Shown here: piece by piece, positions 10,557-19,732 of the stretch
Numbering within the stretch: position 1 is the stretch's first letter
Layout: each line of letters opens with the position of its first letter
NCBI GenBank assembly: GCA_038245785.1
Contig: JBBRSB010000017.1
Span: 28,302 to 92,301 of the forward strand
Direction: 5' to 3'
DNA: 64,000 nucleotides
Origin: Gloeobacterales cyanobacterium
GTDB taxonomy: Bacteria > Cyanobacteriota > Cyanobacteriia > Gloeobacterales > PMM-0068
Program-made: the position numbers and the translations under genes
Notes under the pieces: model-generated
Database searches by the model: none
What the model was told of the DNA's origin: nothing
The model's input: the letters and a program-made list of their open reading frames with translations, nothing else

Positions 10557-11201
10557 ATGTCTCACCCTAATCGAGGTTTGTGCATGTTTTGTCATCAGAG
10601 CTCGCTTGAACTTCTGGAAAAGATCTATCAAGACCGTAAACTTCAGCACTACGCCGCCAAGCAGAATATCCACCTCTACGGAGATGATGTTTTGATTCTC
10701 TATCGTGGGATTGTCCAAGTACAAACCTTTCATCATTCAGGCGATGAAACGATCTTAGGTTTACTGGGGCCGATGATGCCGATTAGCAGAGCTTTTAGTG
10801 ACCTCGCTTCCCATGAGATTTATACCCTGTCCGATGTGTACCTTTTGCGTTTGAGTTGGCAAGATATCGAAAAGTCTCCTGCTTTGGCACTGGAGATGAA
10901 CCAATTATTAACTCGACGCTTACAGCAAATGGAAATTTTGTTGACTCTGAGGAATAAAAGTCAGGTTGATGAACGGTTACTGGGGCTATTAGCTTTTCTG
11001 GCACATGAATTTGGGAAAGAAACTTCCGAAGGGATTGATATCGATATTCGCTTAACCCATCAGCAAATGGCCAATATGGTGGGTTCTACACGCGTTACGG
11101 TCACCCGGTGCATGGGGGCACTTAGGAAAACAGGTTTACTGTCCAAGAAGAAAGGTAGATATTTATCTGTTCATCGAGATGTGCTCAGTCTGTCTGAATA
11201 A
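10557..11201 (+). CDS. Crp/Fnr-family transcriptional regulator; start may be 10584
   Basis: C-terminal HTH LTHQQMANMVGSTRVTVTR. Confidence 0.85.
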   Translation: MSHPNRGLCMFCHQSSLELLEKIYQDRKLQHYAAKQNIHLYGDDVLILYRGIVQVQTFHHSGDETILGLLGPMMPISRAFSDLASHEIYTLSDVYLLRLSWQDIEKSPALALEMNQLLTRRLQQMEILLTLRNKSQVDERLLGLLAFLAHEFGKETSEGIDIDIRLTHQQMANMVGSTRVTVTRCMGALRKTGLLSKKKGRYLSVHRDVLSLSE

Positions 11202-11314
11202 TATCCATAGGGGAACAATCCAGCGGAGAAAAAATACGGTTTGCACTGCTGCTCAAGATACAAGAGATGGTTCACCAAGAACTCAACTAAACAGTATCAA
11301 TGGAGACAGGAGTA

Positions 11315-12544
11315 TCAATTGATAGAGGGAACCTCAAGAGTCATTCCTGCCTTGCGCAGCCGTTCTATGAGCACATCTCCGAGGCCCGTAGCTGGGGTTA
11401 GGATGCCGCCGCGTTGTTGTCCGCCCGGCAATTTATCCGTGTGCAAGGCTAAGCTCAGCGCCGACTCACACAGAAATTTGACCGTGGCGCGATTCCCTGG
11501 ATCGCCTTGGTCGCTAATCAGTCCCTTCACCCTGCGTCCATCCTCCGTTAGCCCCAGGAGTTCACAGCGAAACCAACCTTCATTCATCGTTTTCTCAGAT
11601 GGACCACTTCCAGGTTGAGGAAGGAAGGGTTGCAGTAGGCTGCTCAGGGGAGCTTGTTGCATTACCCCTGCAAATAGGGCCATGCCTGCGGTGACACCAG
11701 CCGCTTGCAGCCATGCGAAGGGCGGATTGAATTTCAAATATTCCTGGTAGGTGAAATCTGGACCGTACGGTTCCTGCCATGCTTCATATAGAGCACTGCT
11801 GCGGCGCACAATACGGGTATTAATCGGGCTCATAAAGAATGGACCAACCCAGGTGGCCAGGTCGGCATCATATTGCGGTTCTTCTGGGTCTTGATTGCGC
11901 TGAACTTCCTGCCTAGCGTGTTCAACGGGTGGGTTAAGCAGGAAAGGATTGCCGATCTGGTCTGCTTGGCCAGAGCTATATAGGTTGAATCCAGAGGCTA
12001 GAGTGCCACCATTAAGGCCACCGTACATCTGAAAATACGCTTTCACGGCTCGGCAGGCCACTCCTAGTTCTTTCTGCATATGCCGGACCACAAGATAAGT
12101 CCCCAAATCCGATGGGATGGAATCAAAACCGCAGAAGGGAATAATCCGGGTGCCATCGGATGATGCCTGAGCGTGATAGCGATCGATCAGCCGCTTAACC
12201 CAGGGGGTTTCGCCCGTAATGTCCACATAGTGCGTTCGTAACCGTACGCAGGCATCGACGATCGTGTCGCCATAAAGGGCAAAAGGGCCTGCGGTGGTTA
12301 GCAAAACGCCTGTCTGAGCCACCACTGCATCGATAGCGCCTTGGTCTTGACTGTCTGCTACCAAAATGTCTACCCCAACACCTACCTCTGCCTTGACCAG
12401 TTCCAGTTTCTGTCGATTACGGCCCGCGATCGCCCAACGAACTTCACTTGGGCGGGTATGCTGCGCGAAATATTGCACGGTCTGCTTCCCGACGAAGCCA
12501 GTGGCCCCATAGAGTACGACATCATAGCGACGGTTCGTCATCAA
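11315..12544 (-). CDS. Saccharopine dehydrogenase-like oxidoreductase (trans-acting enoyl reductase family)
   Basis: YGATGFVG, AGRN, GPFALYG, YVDITGE, CGFDSIPSD. Confidence 0.85.
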   Translation of the reverse strand: MMTNRRYDVVLYGATGFVGKQTVQYFAQHTRPSEVRWAIAGRNRQKLELVKAEVGVGVDILVADSQDQGAIDAVVAQTGVLLTTAGPFALYGDTIVDACVRLRTHYVDITGETPWVKRLIDRYHAQASSDGTRIIPFCGFDSIPSDLGTYLVVRHMQKELGVACRAVKAYFQMYGGLNGGTLASGFNLYSSGQADQIGNPFLLNPPVEHARQEVQRNQDPEEPQYDADLATWVGPFFMSPINTRIVRRSSALYEAWQEPYGPDFTYQEYLKFNPPFAWLQAAGVTAGMALFAGVMQQAPLSSLLQPFLPQPGSGPSEKTMNEGWFRCELLGLTEDGRRVKGLISDQGDPGNRATVKFLCESALSLALHTDKLPGGQQRGGILTPATGLGDVLIERLRKAGMTLEVPSIN

Positions 12545-12724
12545 GACCTCTCCAAGGTGGAGTTAATTTCGGGACCATGGCAGAATTTCAGCAGCATTTG
12601 AGCTTGGGTCTGCTGGAGCGTCATTTGGCTTCTTCTAAGACTCTTAGGATCTAGCTTCTTAAGTCTGCCTCAAACTGTGACCAGTTATCTACACTGTAAC
12701 CTGGCTGGCCAAGAGCACAGCCTG

Positions 12725-13811
12725 TTAAGGAAACTCCAAAGTCAATTGGTCTGTGTGTATAGTGCTTTGATCTTCGTTGGGAAAGTTGGAGATGGACAAA
12801 CCCAACAAACGGATGCGACGCTCATCTGCTGGTAAGGATTTAAGCAATTGATGCCCTAAAAGAAAGAGACTTTCGGCCTTATGCAAAAGCTCTGGCACTG
12901 TCCGGCTGCGGGTCAACTGTTGCAGATCCGCATATTTGAGTTTCAGAACCAGGGTATGTCCCGTTAACTGGTTTTTTTCAAGGCGTTCCTGCAATACCTG
13001 AGACAACATGCATAGTTGTTCTACAAGAACGTCGAAGTCTGACAGATCTTCAAGAAAAGAGGTTTCAACGCCTATAGACTTTCGGCTGCGATTTGGAATG
13101 ACCGGGCGGCTATCTTGCCCATGAGCCATTTGATAGTAGAAGTGCCCATGCTTCCCGAAGTGACGAGCTAAATCTATTGCAGTCCATTGCTTGAGGTCAG
13201 CGCCCGTTCGAATGCCCAGGGTGTACATCCTTATCTGCAGTAGCCTTTCCCACTCCATAGAATTTCTCAATTACTAAGGCCTCAATCAGGGCCTCGGCTT
13301 CATCGGGTTGGATAATGCGTAGTCCATCAGGTTTGTTCAATCCAGAAGCAAGCTTTGCCAGGAATTTATTGTAGGAAACTCCTGCTGAAGCCGTGAGGCC
13401 CGTTTGTTCAAAGATAGCTGCTCTTATCTTGCGAGCAATAAGGGTAGCGGAGGGAATACCAAGCTTATTTGTGGTTACCTCTAAGTAGGCTTCGTCCAAG
13501 GCCAGCGGTTCAACCAAGTCTGTGTAGCGGAGGAAGATTTGATGAATCTGCTCGGAGATGGCTTTGTATACATCGAATCGAGGTGGGGCGAAGATCAGGT
13601 CCTTACACTTTTGGATAGCCAGACGTGAGGGCATTGCAGAGTGGATACCGTAGCGACGGGCTTCATAACTGGCGGCAGCTACCGCTCCCCGTTGCTGAGG
13701 TGTACCACCAACCACCAACGGTTTACCCCGGAAGGCTGGATTATCGCGCTGCTCTACAGAGGCGTAGAAAGCGTCCATATCCAGGTGAATGATTTTGCGG
13801 AGGGTTGGCAT
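12725..13811 (-). pseudogene. dinB: DNA polymerase IV with a single-base frameshift
   Basis: IIHLDMDAFYASVE, ASYEAR, LALDEAY in ORF 13197-13811; thumb/little-finger region in ORF 12725-13270; one extra G in GAT AAG G ATG at 13229-13230. Confidence 0.85.
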
Positions 13812-13907
13812 CTTTCATCCCCAGACCGCCTTCAGTGTGACGCTTAAGATGGACATTTGTCCAGAAAAGAATGAGTTATAGCTCTGCAGGAACATACTCA
13901 TGAGTTG

Positions 13908-14123
13908 TCATGCGGCGCGCACTTCGACATATTCGATGCTGGAAGAAGGCCCAGGAATGGGATGACCGTCTTCGCGTAATCCTTCGATATGAAACTCAAT
14001 TGCCTCTTGGATCAATTCCAACACTTCTTCTTTCGTATCTGCTACAGCAACACAACCCGGCAAATCTGGCACATAAGCACCAAAACTATTTTCACCCTCT
14101 TCCACAATCACGGCGTATTTCAT
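13908..14123 (-). CDS. hicB: HicB-family antitoxin
   Basis: YAVIVEE...AYVPDLPGCVA...EAIEFHIEGLREDG. Confidence 0.9.
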   Translation of the reverse strand: MKYAVIVEEGENSFGAYVPDLPGCVAVADTKEEVLELIQEAIEFHIEGLREDGHPIPGPSSSIEYVEVRAA

Positions 14124-14139
14124 ATTTTGCCTCTCTCGC

Positions 14140-14325
14140 CTATTTCAAGCCTGCTTGCTTTAAGATGCTGTTGAGCGTTCCGGGTGGAACATCAATATTC
14201 GGCTTGCCAGAAACCGTCACAGTCCCAGATTTACTCGAATGCTTAAATTGGCGATGACTGCCCTTCGTTCTCGCCAGGTACCAACCATCTTTTTCAAGAA
14301 GCTTGATTACCTCCTTAACTTTCAT
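14140..14325 (-). CDS. hicA: HicA-family toxin (mRNA interferase)
   Basis: DGWY..RTKGSHRQFKH...GTLNSILKQAGL. Confidence 0.9.
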   Translation of the reverse strand: MKVKEVIKLLEKDGWYLARTKGSHRQFKHSSKSGTVTVSGKPNIDVPPGTLNSILKQAGLK

Positions 14326-14363
14326 AGGAGAATAATAAGATGTTTTCTATGCAAGGGGAAGAG

Positions 14364-14407
14364 GCCTAACGTCGGAAATGAGCGGCGGCTGGTTAGCCGT
14401 CACGCTC
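14364..14407. mobile_element. Degenerate attC-like site
   Basis: GCCTAAC core (GTTAGGC on - strand, just upstream of hicA) followed by hairpin GAGCGGCGGCT-GGTT-AGCCGTCACGCTC. Confidence 0.5.
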
Positions 14408-14482
14408 TTGCGCCGGCCCTTGCGCGCTTGCTCCACGAGTGCACTGACCTTTGAGGTGAGGCGGTTCAGCACTGCACTGTCT

Positions 14483-14773
14483 CTAGTGCCAAACCAACGA
14501 AGGGCCGAGCTTCGACTCTGCCAACAATTCAGCTTCTGCAAGACTGAGCGCTGCTCCGCCACCAACCCATTCGGGTTGTCCGGTCGGCGTACGAAAGAGC
14601 AGGTAGAAGCACTCGACCGCTCGGTCTTCAGCGATCTCCGGCGGGTCTTCATAGTCGCCCGAGCCGTACAACGTGTGACGCCTGACGATACGCACTTCGC
14701 ATAGAACGTTGTCGGCGTACAGCCATGTACCCGTCTTCTCCGGCACAATGGACTCAATTTGCTTCACGTCCAA
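14483..14773 (-). CDS. Hypothetical protein, probable integron gene cassette
   Basis: 96-aa ORF, visibly GC-richer than flanks, between attC-like cores at 14364-14370 and 14780-14786. Confidence 0.6.
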   Translation of the reverse strand: MDVKQIESIVPEKTGTWLYADNVLCEVRIVRRHTLYGSGDYEDPPEIAEDRAVECFYLLFRTPTGQPEWVGGGAALSLAEAELLAESKLGPSLVWH

Positions 14774-14886
14774 TGACTTGTTGGGTGCGGCGTTATATTC
14801 CTCACAAGTCTATCAAAGTTGCGCTTTCGTTTTTCATCGGGCGAAGCGAAAGAACTTGTATTTCTTTGTGAATCTTTATAAAGACT

Positions 14887-15714
14887 TTATTGGGGCGCGA
14901 ATCTGGAGTTCGCCCATTCAATGTACTCTTCGGTCGAAGTACGGCGCATCCGATCCCCAAGCTCTGAATCCTGCCCGACCATAAAGCGTAGTTTATTAGT
15001 ATTGTCCGTCGCGGCGGCGAGTACCGCTTCGGCGATATCATTCTCGGTCGCAAAGTAATCCTTCGGTGGTTCACTCATATAGACGGCGAGCCTTTGATCG
15101 ACATATGCTTGATATGAAGGCGGAACCGGAATTGATTGCGCGGCTTGTTGAGTGTGCTGAGCAAATTGCGTACTCGCTACGAATCCCGGCTCAACGATTT
15201 TTACCTTCACATTTTGAGTCTGCAACTCGTATTGGAGAGCTTCAGTAAAGCCACGCAGAGCAGCCTTACTAGCGCTGTAGATCGACATCAGCGGTTCAGG
15301 CACAGTCGCCGATCCCGAAGTAATGTTAATAATGCGCCCGCCGCCGTTTTGTCGAAAATGCGGAAGGACTGCTTGCGTGAGCAGCATTGCACCGAAGACG
15401 TTTGTGTCGAAAAGCGATTTGACCATTTCCATCGGAGTTGCCTCGAATACGGAAAGTAAACCCATGCCCGCATTGTTGACGATGCAATCAATGCGACCAA
15501 ATCGCTTGACTCCGAGATTGATGGCTTGGTCAATCGTCGCTTTGTCTTGGACATCGAGCCGAGTAACCAGAAGATTATCAGAGTTCTCGGTTTCTTCCCA
15601 ATGATCTGCATTCCGCATAGTCGCCACAACATTCCAACCTGCGCTCAGGAATTTCAGAACTGATGCCTTTCCAAAGCCGGATGAGCATCCCGTAATAAGT
15701 ACCGTTTGATTCAT
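14887..15714 (-). CDS. SDR-family oxidoreductase
   Basis: TGCSSGFG, NNAG, YSASK catalytic YxxxK, RBS AGGAG. Confidence 0.95.
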   Translation of the reverse strand: MNQTVLITGCSSGFGKASVLKFLSAGWNVVATMRNADHWEETENSDNLLVTRLDVQDKATIDQAINLGVKRFGRIDCIVNNAGMGLLSVFEATPMEMVKSLFDTNVFGAMLLTQAVLPHFRQNGGGRIINITSGSATVPEPLMSIYSASKAALRGFTEALQYELQTQNVKVKIVEPGFVASTQFAQHTQQAAQSIPVPPSYQAYVDQRLAVYMSEPPKDYFATENDIAEAVLAAATDNTNKLRFMVGQDSELGDRMRRTSTEEYIEWANSRFAPQ

Positions 15715-15791
15715 ATTTTCTCCTATGACCGAATAATAAAGATGCTTGAAAAAGCGTGTTATCTATCGGCGCATCCGTGTAACCGATAGCC

Positions 15792-15965
15792 GCCCAACTA
15801 CCTATTGGACTGAATCGAATCCGCCTAACACACTCAACAGAGATCTTAGGTAGATTCATTTCCACCTATCTCATCCAAACAGGTGATTATGTAGAAAAAT
15901 TCATACTCTAATTCCACCTAACACCCCTAATAGGGATCTTAGACTGAAGCGTTTCGGTATAACCA
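15792..15965 (-). mobile_element. Candidate integron attI region
   Basis: Three GTTRRRY cores on the - strand (15792-98, 15823-29, 15916-22) between the first cassette and the intI stub. Confidence 0.45.
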
Positions 15966-16043
15966 CCGATCCGACTCCACACTATACTTTCACAAAAGTT
16001 TAATTAAATCAGGGGGATAATTCTTTACTTTACTCAAGCAGCT

Positions 16044-16139
16044 ATAGAAACCCCACCTAAAAAATTGTTGGAGCAAGTTCGGGACGCGATTCGCCTCAAG
16101 CACTACTCCTATCGAACCGAATAAACCCATGTTCAGCAG
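16044..16139 (+). pseudogene. intI: Integron integrase N-terminal remnant
   Basis: Manual translation (I)ETPPKKLLEQVRDAIRLKHYSYRTE*THVQ matches the IntI N-terminal SAM-like domain; start degraded to ATA, stop at 16122. Confidence 0.8.
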
Positions 16140-16229
16140 TCCACTTGATTTGTGACCTGAGTATCGATTTATTGAATTAATAAAAGCACAAAAAATCCTA
16201 AAGAATTCAGTTAGAATAACCCTACAAAT

Positions 16230-16244
16230 TGAGAATGATTATTA
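16230..16244 (+). promoter_or_regulatory. Fur/Zur-family operator candidate
   Basis: TGAGAATGATTATTA vs the 7-1-7 TGATAATNATTATCA box, upstream of a CDF transporter. Confidence 0.45.
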
Positions 16245-16361
16245 CATTCACAAAGGCAATGATTACGCAAACATTATTTGTTTTCAACTCTTTTTATTTG
16301 CAACTCGTAGAAACTAATATAGAAGAAATAGACCCTCTGTTCCTTGGTGATACTTAACGAA

Positions 16362-17273
16362 ATGGCACATAACCATGAGCATGCTCACGTACACAGCGCC
16401 AGTGACTACAATCGCATTTTTGTGATAGCAGTCGCTCTCAACCTGGGCTTTGTTGGTGTAGAGGCTACCTATGGTTTTCTTGCTAATTCTCTGGCGCTGT
16501 TGGCAGATGCAGGCCATAACCTGAGTGATGTGCTGGGTCTGGCTTTGGCGTGGGGAGGCAGTGTGCTAGCCCGTCGACAGCCCTCTCTTCGGCGCACCTA
16601 TGGACTGCGGCGTTCGTCTATCCTCGCTGCTCTCTTAAATGCTTTTCTTATTTTGGTCGCAGTGGGAGCGATTGCTTTGGAAGCAGTCCAGCGCTTTAGC
16701 AGCCCTGGTCCGGTAGGGGGGGAAACGATCATCTGGGTAGCAGCTATTGGGGTAGTGATTAACACGATCAGTGCACTTCTCTTCATGGCGGGTCAAAAAG
16801 AAGACCTGAACCTACGTGCGGCCTTCCAGCACTTGGCCTCTGATGCAGCAGTATCCCTGGGAACGGTGTTGGCTGGAGTAACTTTACTGGCTACAGGGTG
16901 GACATGGTTAGACCCCGTAATGAGCCTGGTGATTTCTGTGATCATCCTGGCAGGAACTTGGGGATTGCTGGTTGATTCGCTCAATCTGGTTTTGGACGGT
17001 GTGCCTGAGAGCATTGAACCGAAAGCGGTAAAAAGTTACCTCGCCAGTCTTCCGGGAGTGACAGAAGTTCATGACTTGCATATCTGGGCGATGAGCACTA
17101 CCGAAACTGCTCTAACCGCTCACTTGGTCATTCCGGCGGGGGCTCCGGGGGATGCTTTCATCGCTATGACCTGTGAAGCGCTCCATGACCAGTTCGCAAT
17201 TGAACATGCCACACTCCAAATAGAAATGGGGGACGGCCATCCCTGTGCCTTGGCTCCAGACCATTTGGTTTAA
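16362..17273 (+). CDS. Cation diffusion facilitator (CzcD/ZitB-like) metal transporter
   Basis: His-rich N-terminus, LLADAGHNLSD, HLASD, VHDLHIW. Confidence 0.92.
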   Translation: MAHNHEHAHVHSASDYNRIFVIAVALNLGFVGVEATYGFLANSLALLADAGHNLSDVLGLALAWGGSVLARRQPSLRRTYGLRRSSILAALLNAFLILVAVGAIALEAVQRFSSPGPVGGETIIWVAAIGVVINTISALLFMAGQKEDLNLRAAFQHLASDAAVSLGTVLAGVTLLATGWTWLDPVMSLVISVIILAGTWGLLVDSLNLVLDGVPESIEPKAVKSYLASLPGVTEVHDLHIWAMSTTETALTAHLVIPAGAPGDAFIAMTCEALHDQFAIEHATLQIEMGDGHPCALAPDHLV

Positions 17274-17303
17274 CAAAAAACTCGACCTAACCGTACAGGT
17301 CAT

Positions 17304-17990
17304 TCAGACGGATTTCTGAGTTTGCATTTTCAGCAAAGTGATACAGGTCATCAGCCAAAGAAAGCCAACAGAATAGCCTGCCAGTATATCTGTGGGCCAG
17401 TGGACGCCCAAATACAGACGACTAAATCCAATCGCGGCAATAATTCCGATGGCTGCAACATAAATCCAGCGGGAAAACTTAGGTAATTGGGTTGCCAGAA
17501 GATAGGCTAAAAACCCATATATCACGATTGACCCTAGCGCGTGACCGCTGGGAAAGCTAAAAGAGGTTTCATTAATGAGTTGCTGCCAAAGAATAGGACG
17601 TGGCTTAGCAAAGAGAAGCTTTAGACCTTGATTAAGCACCAAGGCCCCTAAGCAGGCGACCGCGAACATCTTCGCTTGGAGATAGCATTGCTTCCACCAA
17701 AGCCAAATCAGGCTAGCCAGTACGACCCCGACAATGAATCCAGGATTACCCAAGTTCGTGATCCGTAGCATTAAATAATCAAGAACTGGATTGGCCCACT
17801 GACGTATTCCTAAGAGCAGGGTTTTGTCGAGGCTAAACGTTTCTTTTTCCCATACCTCTTTAAATAGCCAACGCAAGGTAAGCAGAATGATTAAGTAGAG
17901 GGCCAGACTCGTTACACCAATGCTGGCAGTCAATGAGCTTATCTGAGGACTGACACGATGTATCCAGAAATTGACCAGTTTTTTCATCAC
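17304..17990 (-). CDS. PAP2-family membrane phosphatase
   Basis: KLLFAKPRP, SFPSGHA, SRLYLGVHWPTD. Confidence 0.9.
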   Translation of the reverse strand: MMKKLVNFWIHRVSPQISSLTASIGVTSLALYLIILLTLRWLFKEVWEKETFSLDKTLLLGIRQWANPVLDYLMLRITNLGNPGFIVGVVLASLIWLWWKQCYLQAKMFAVACLGALVLNQGLKLLFAKPRPILWQQLINETSFSFPSGHALGSIVIYGFLAYLLATQLPKFSRWIYVAAIGIIAAIGFSRLYLGVHWPTDILAGYSVGFLWLMTCITLLKMQTQKSV

Positions 17991-18131
17991 AGCTCGTAAA
18001 TCTAAGCGCCGATCTCAATGTAGCCAATTAAGACGGGAAGATCTCTTTAGGCTTTTGGTCTCTAGATTTCACGATGGTTTCATCTTTGTGTATCAGTATG
18101 TAAACCAATCCAGCTCGTGAGTGTATTTGCC

Positions 18132-18395
18132 ATGAAGAGAGTAGCCCTGATCGCTATGGTTCTCCTTCTCCAGTTTTCTTATCTGCCCCTAGTTGCTCAA
18201 GCTAGTCCTGAAGAAAAGGCTGTGGGAAAAGCAGCACTCTTCTACCGTCATCTACATATTGCTAGAGGCGATTTTATGAAATCCGCGCCCGTTGAAACAG
18301 CTAAGGCTTGTGAAACGGCACCTCCACAGACACAGCCTGAACCTGTGAAAGCCAATCCCGCAGCGCCTAATAGGTACCCAGGTGGACTTAAATAG
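18132..18395 (+). CDS. Small secreted hypothetical protein heading the second RND operon
   Basis: Signal peptide ending AQA, RHLH motif, Pro-rich tail. Confidence 0.65.
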   Translation: MKRVALIAMVLLLQFSYLPLVAQASPEEKAVGKAALFYRHLHIARGDFMKSAPVETAKACETAPPQTQPEPVKANPAAPNRYPGGLK

Positions 18396-18398
18396 AAG

Positions 18399-18468
18399 AC
18401 CCCCTGTAGTCCCCCTTGCCACTAAGCGAAGCCTTCCCGGAGGGTGGGGGACGGCGATAGCCGGGGGT
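18399..18468. repeat. REP-like palindrome with nested short dispersed repeat
   Basis: ACCCCC...GGGGGT outer arms; inner AGCGAAGCCTTCCCGGAGGGT related to the 7821-7840 copy. Confidence 0.55.
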
Positions 18469-18490
18469 TATATTTGCTTGAATTTGTTTA

Positions 18491-19732
18491 TTGAATCTTG
18501 AGGAGTGTCCATTGAGCAGTCAGACGTGGTTGAGGTATTGGCTGGTTGGTGTCTGTATTTCCGCCTTGGGATTCAGCGTCAGCCCTGTACATGCAGAGCG
18601 TTTGGATTTGAAGCAAGCCGTGGGGCGAGCTTTAGAAAAAGCGCCTGCGCTGCAAGTCAATCAGGCTCAGCTGCGCGTACGCAAGGGGGAGCAACGCAGT
18701 TCTCAGGTTTATCCCTATCAACCGACTTTGGATATCAATACAGGACTGAGGCGCTTGGATGGCGAAGATATTACCCGAGCAGACCTGGGACTGGGCATTT
18801 CCTATGAGATAGAAACGGGAAGTCAGCAACAGGCTCGTCAGGCCCGTGCCAATGCTGGCTTAGAAGCAGGAACACAACGCTTGGCGGTGGGGAGAGCGCA
18901 GGTGGTGCGGGATGCCGCTACGGCCTACACCAAGCTCTGGGCCGCAGAACAATCCTTAGCGCTAGCCCAAAAACGCACTGAGATTGCCCAAAAAATTCTT
19001 CAAGCCCAGCAAGAACAATTTAAAGTCGGTAAAGTCAGCCAGATTCCCGTAAATCTGGCCCAAATCGAGCGGCAACGCGCTGAGGCAGAACGAACCTCGC
19101 GGACGGCGGAGATTAGTCGCTCCCAGCAACTTTTGAAAGCGGCGATTGGAGATTTGAAGGCAGAAGTAATCGAAACTACAGACCTGCCTGCACTTCCTGC
19201 TGTTTCTGTAGATCCGAATAAGAAAGTTCCTGCCCTACTCAGCGCCGAAGCGGAAGTTAATCAAGCCCAGGCAGAACTGCTGTTGGCTAGAGGTCGCACT
19301 AGTCCGAATATCACGCCAACGCTTAGCTACCGTCGAGAAGGGTTAGACAACGTTTTCTTTGCGGGCGTTTCCTTTCCGCTCACTTCGGTCAACTTCAACC
19401 AGGGAGCCTTAGATACAGCCCAAGCGCAGATTGAACAAGCCCAAGCCCAAGTGCAAGTGGTGAACAATAGTATCGTCAGCCAAGCTCAGGAAGCACAGAT
19501 TAATCTGCAAGCAGCCCAAAAAGCAACGGAGACTTACCAGGCTTTGAGTGCAACCAGTGAGCAAAACTTCAATCTGGTGCAAGAGGGTTTCCGCTTTGGC
19601 AAGGTTAGCCTTTTTGAATTATTGCTGGCCCAACGGGACAATCTTGATATTCAAAATGCCCTGATCCAAAGTCGTGCCGATGCCTACCTTGCCTATATCA
19701 ATTTGCGTAATGCTCAGGGAGAAGACTTATGA
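18491..19732 (+). CDS. TolC/CzcC-family outer membrane protein
   Basis: Signal peptide, helical repeats, GKVSLFELLLAQR, followed by MFP and CzcA-like genes. Confidence 0.88.
   Translation: MNLEECPLSSQTWLRYWLVGVCISALGFSVSPVHAERLDLKQAVGRALEKAPALQVNQAQLRVRKGEQRSSQVYPYQPTLDINTGLRRLDGEDITRADLGLGISYEIETGSQQQARQARANAGLEAGTQRLAVGRAQVVRDAATAYTKLWAAEQSLALAQKRTEIAQKILQAQQEQFKVGKVSQIPVNLAQIERQRAEAERTSRTAEISRSQQLLKAAIGDLKAEVIETTDLPALPAVSVDPNKKVPALLSAEAEVNQAQAELLLARGRTSPNITPTLSYRREGLDNVFFAGVSFPLTSVNFNQGALDTAQAQIEQAQAQVQVVNNSIVSQAQEAQINLQAAQKATETYQALSATSEQNFNLVQEGFRFGKVSLFELLLAQRDNLDIQNALIQSRADAYLAYINLRNAQGEDL

Noticed and set aside
13197..13270. Programmed ribosomal frameshift in dinB
   Set aside because: No slippery heptamer or stimulatory structure seen; a simple insertion explains it
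14347..14757. 136-aa and 108-aa ORFs over the cassette region
   Set aside because: Alternate frames in GC-rich DNA that run through the attC-like site; the 96-aa ORF is more protein-like
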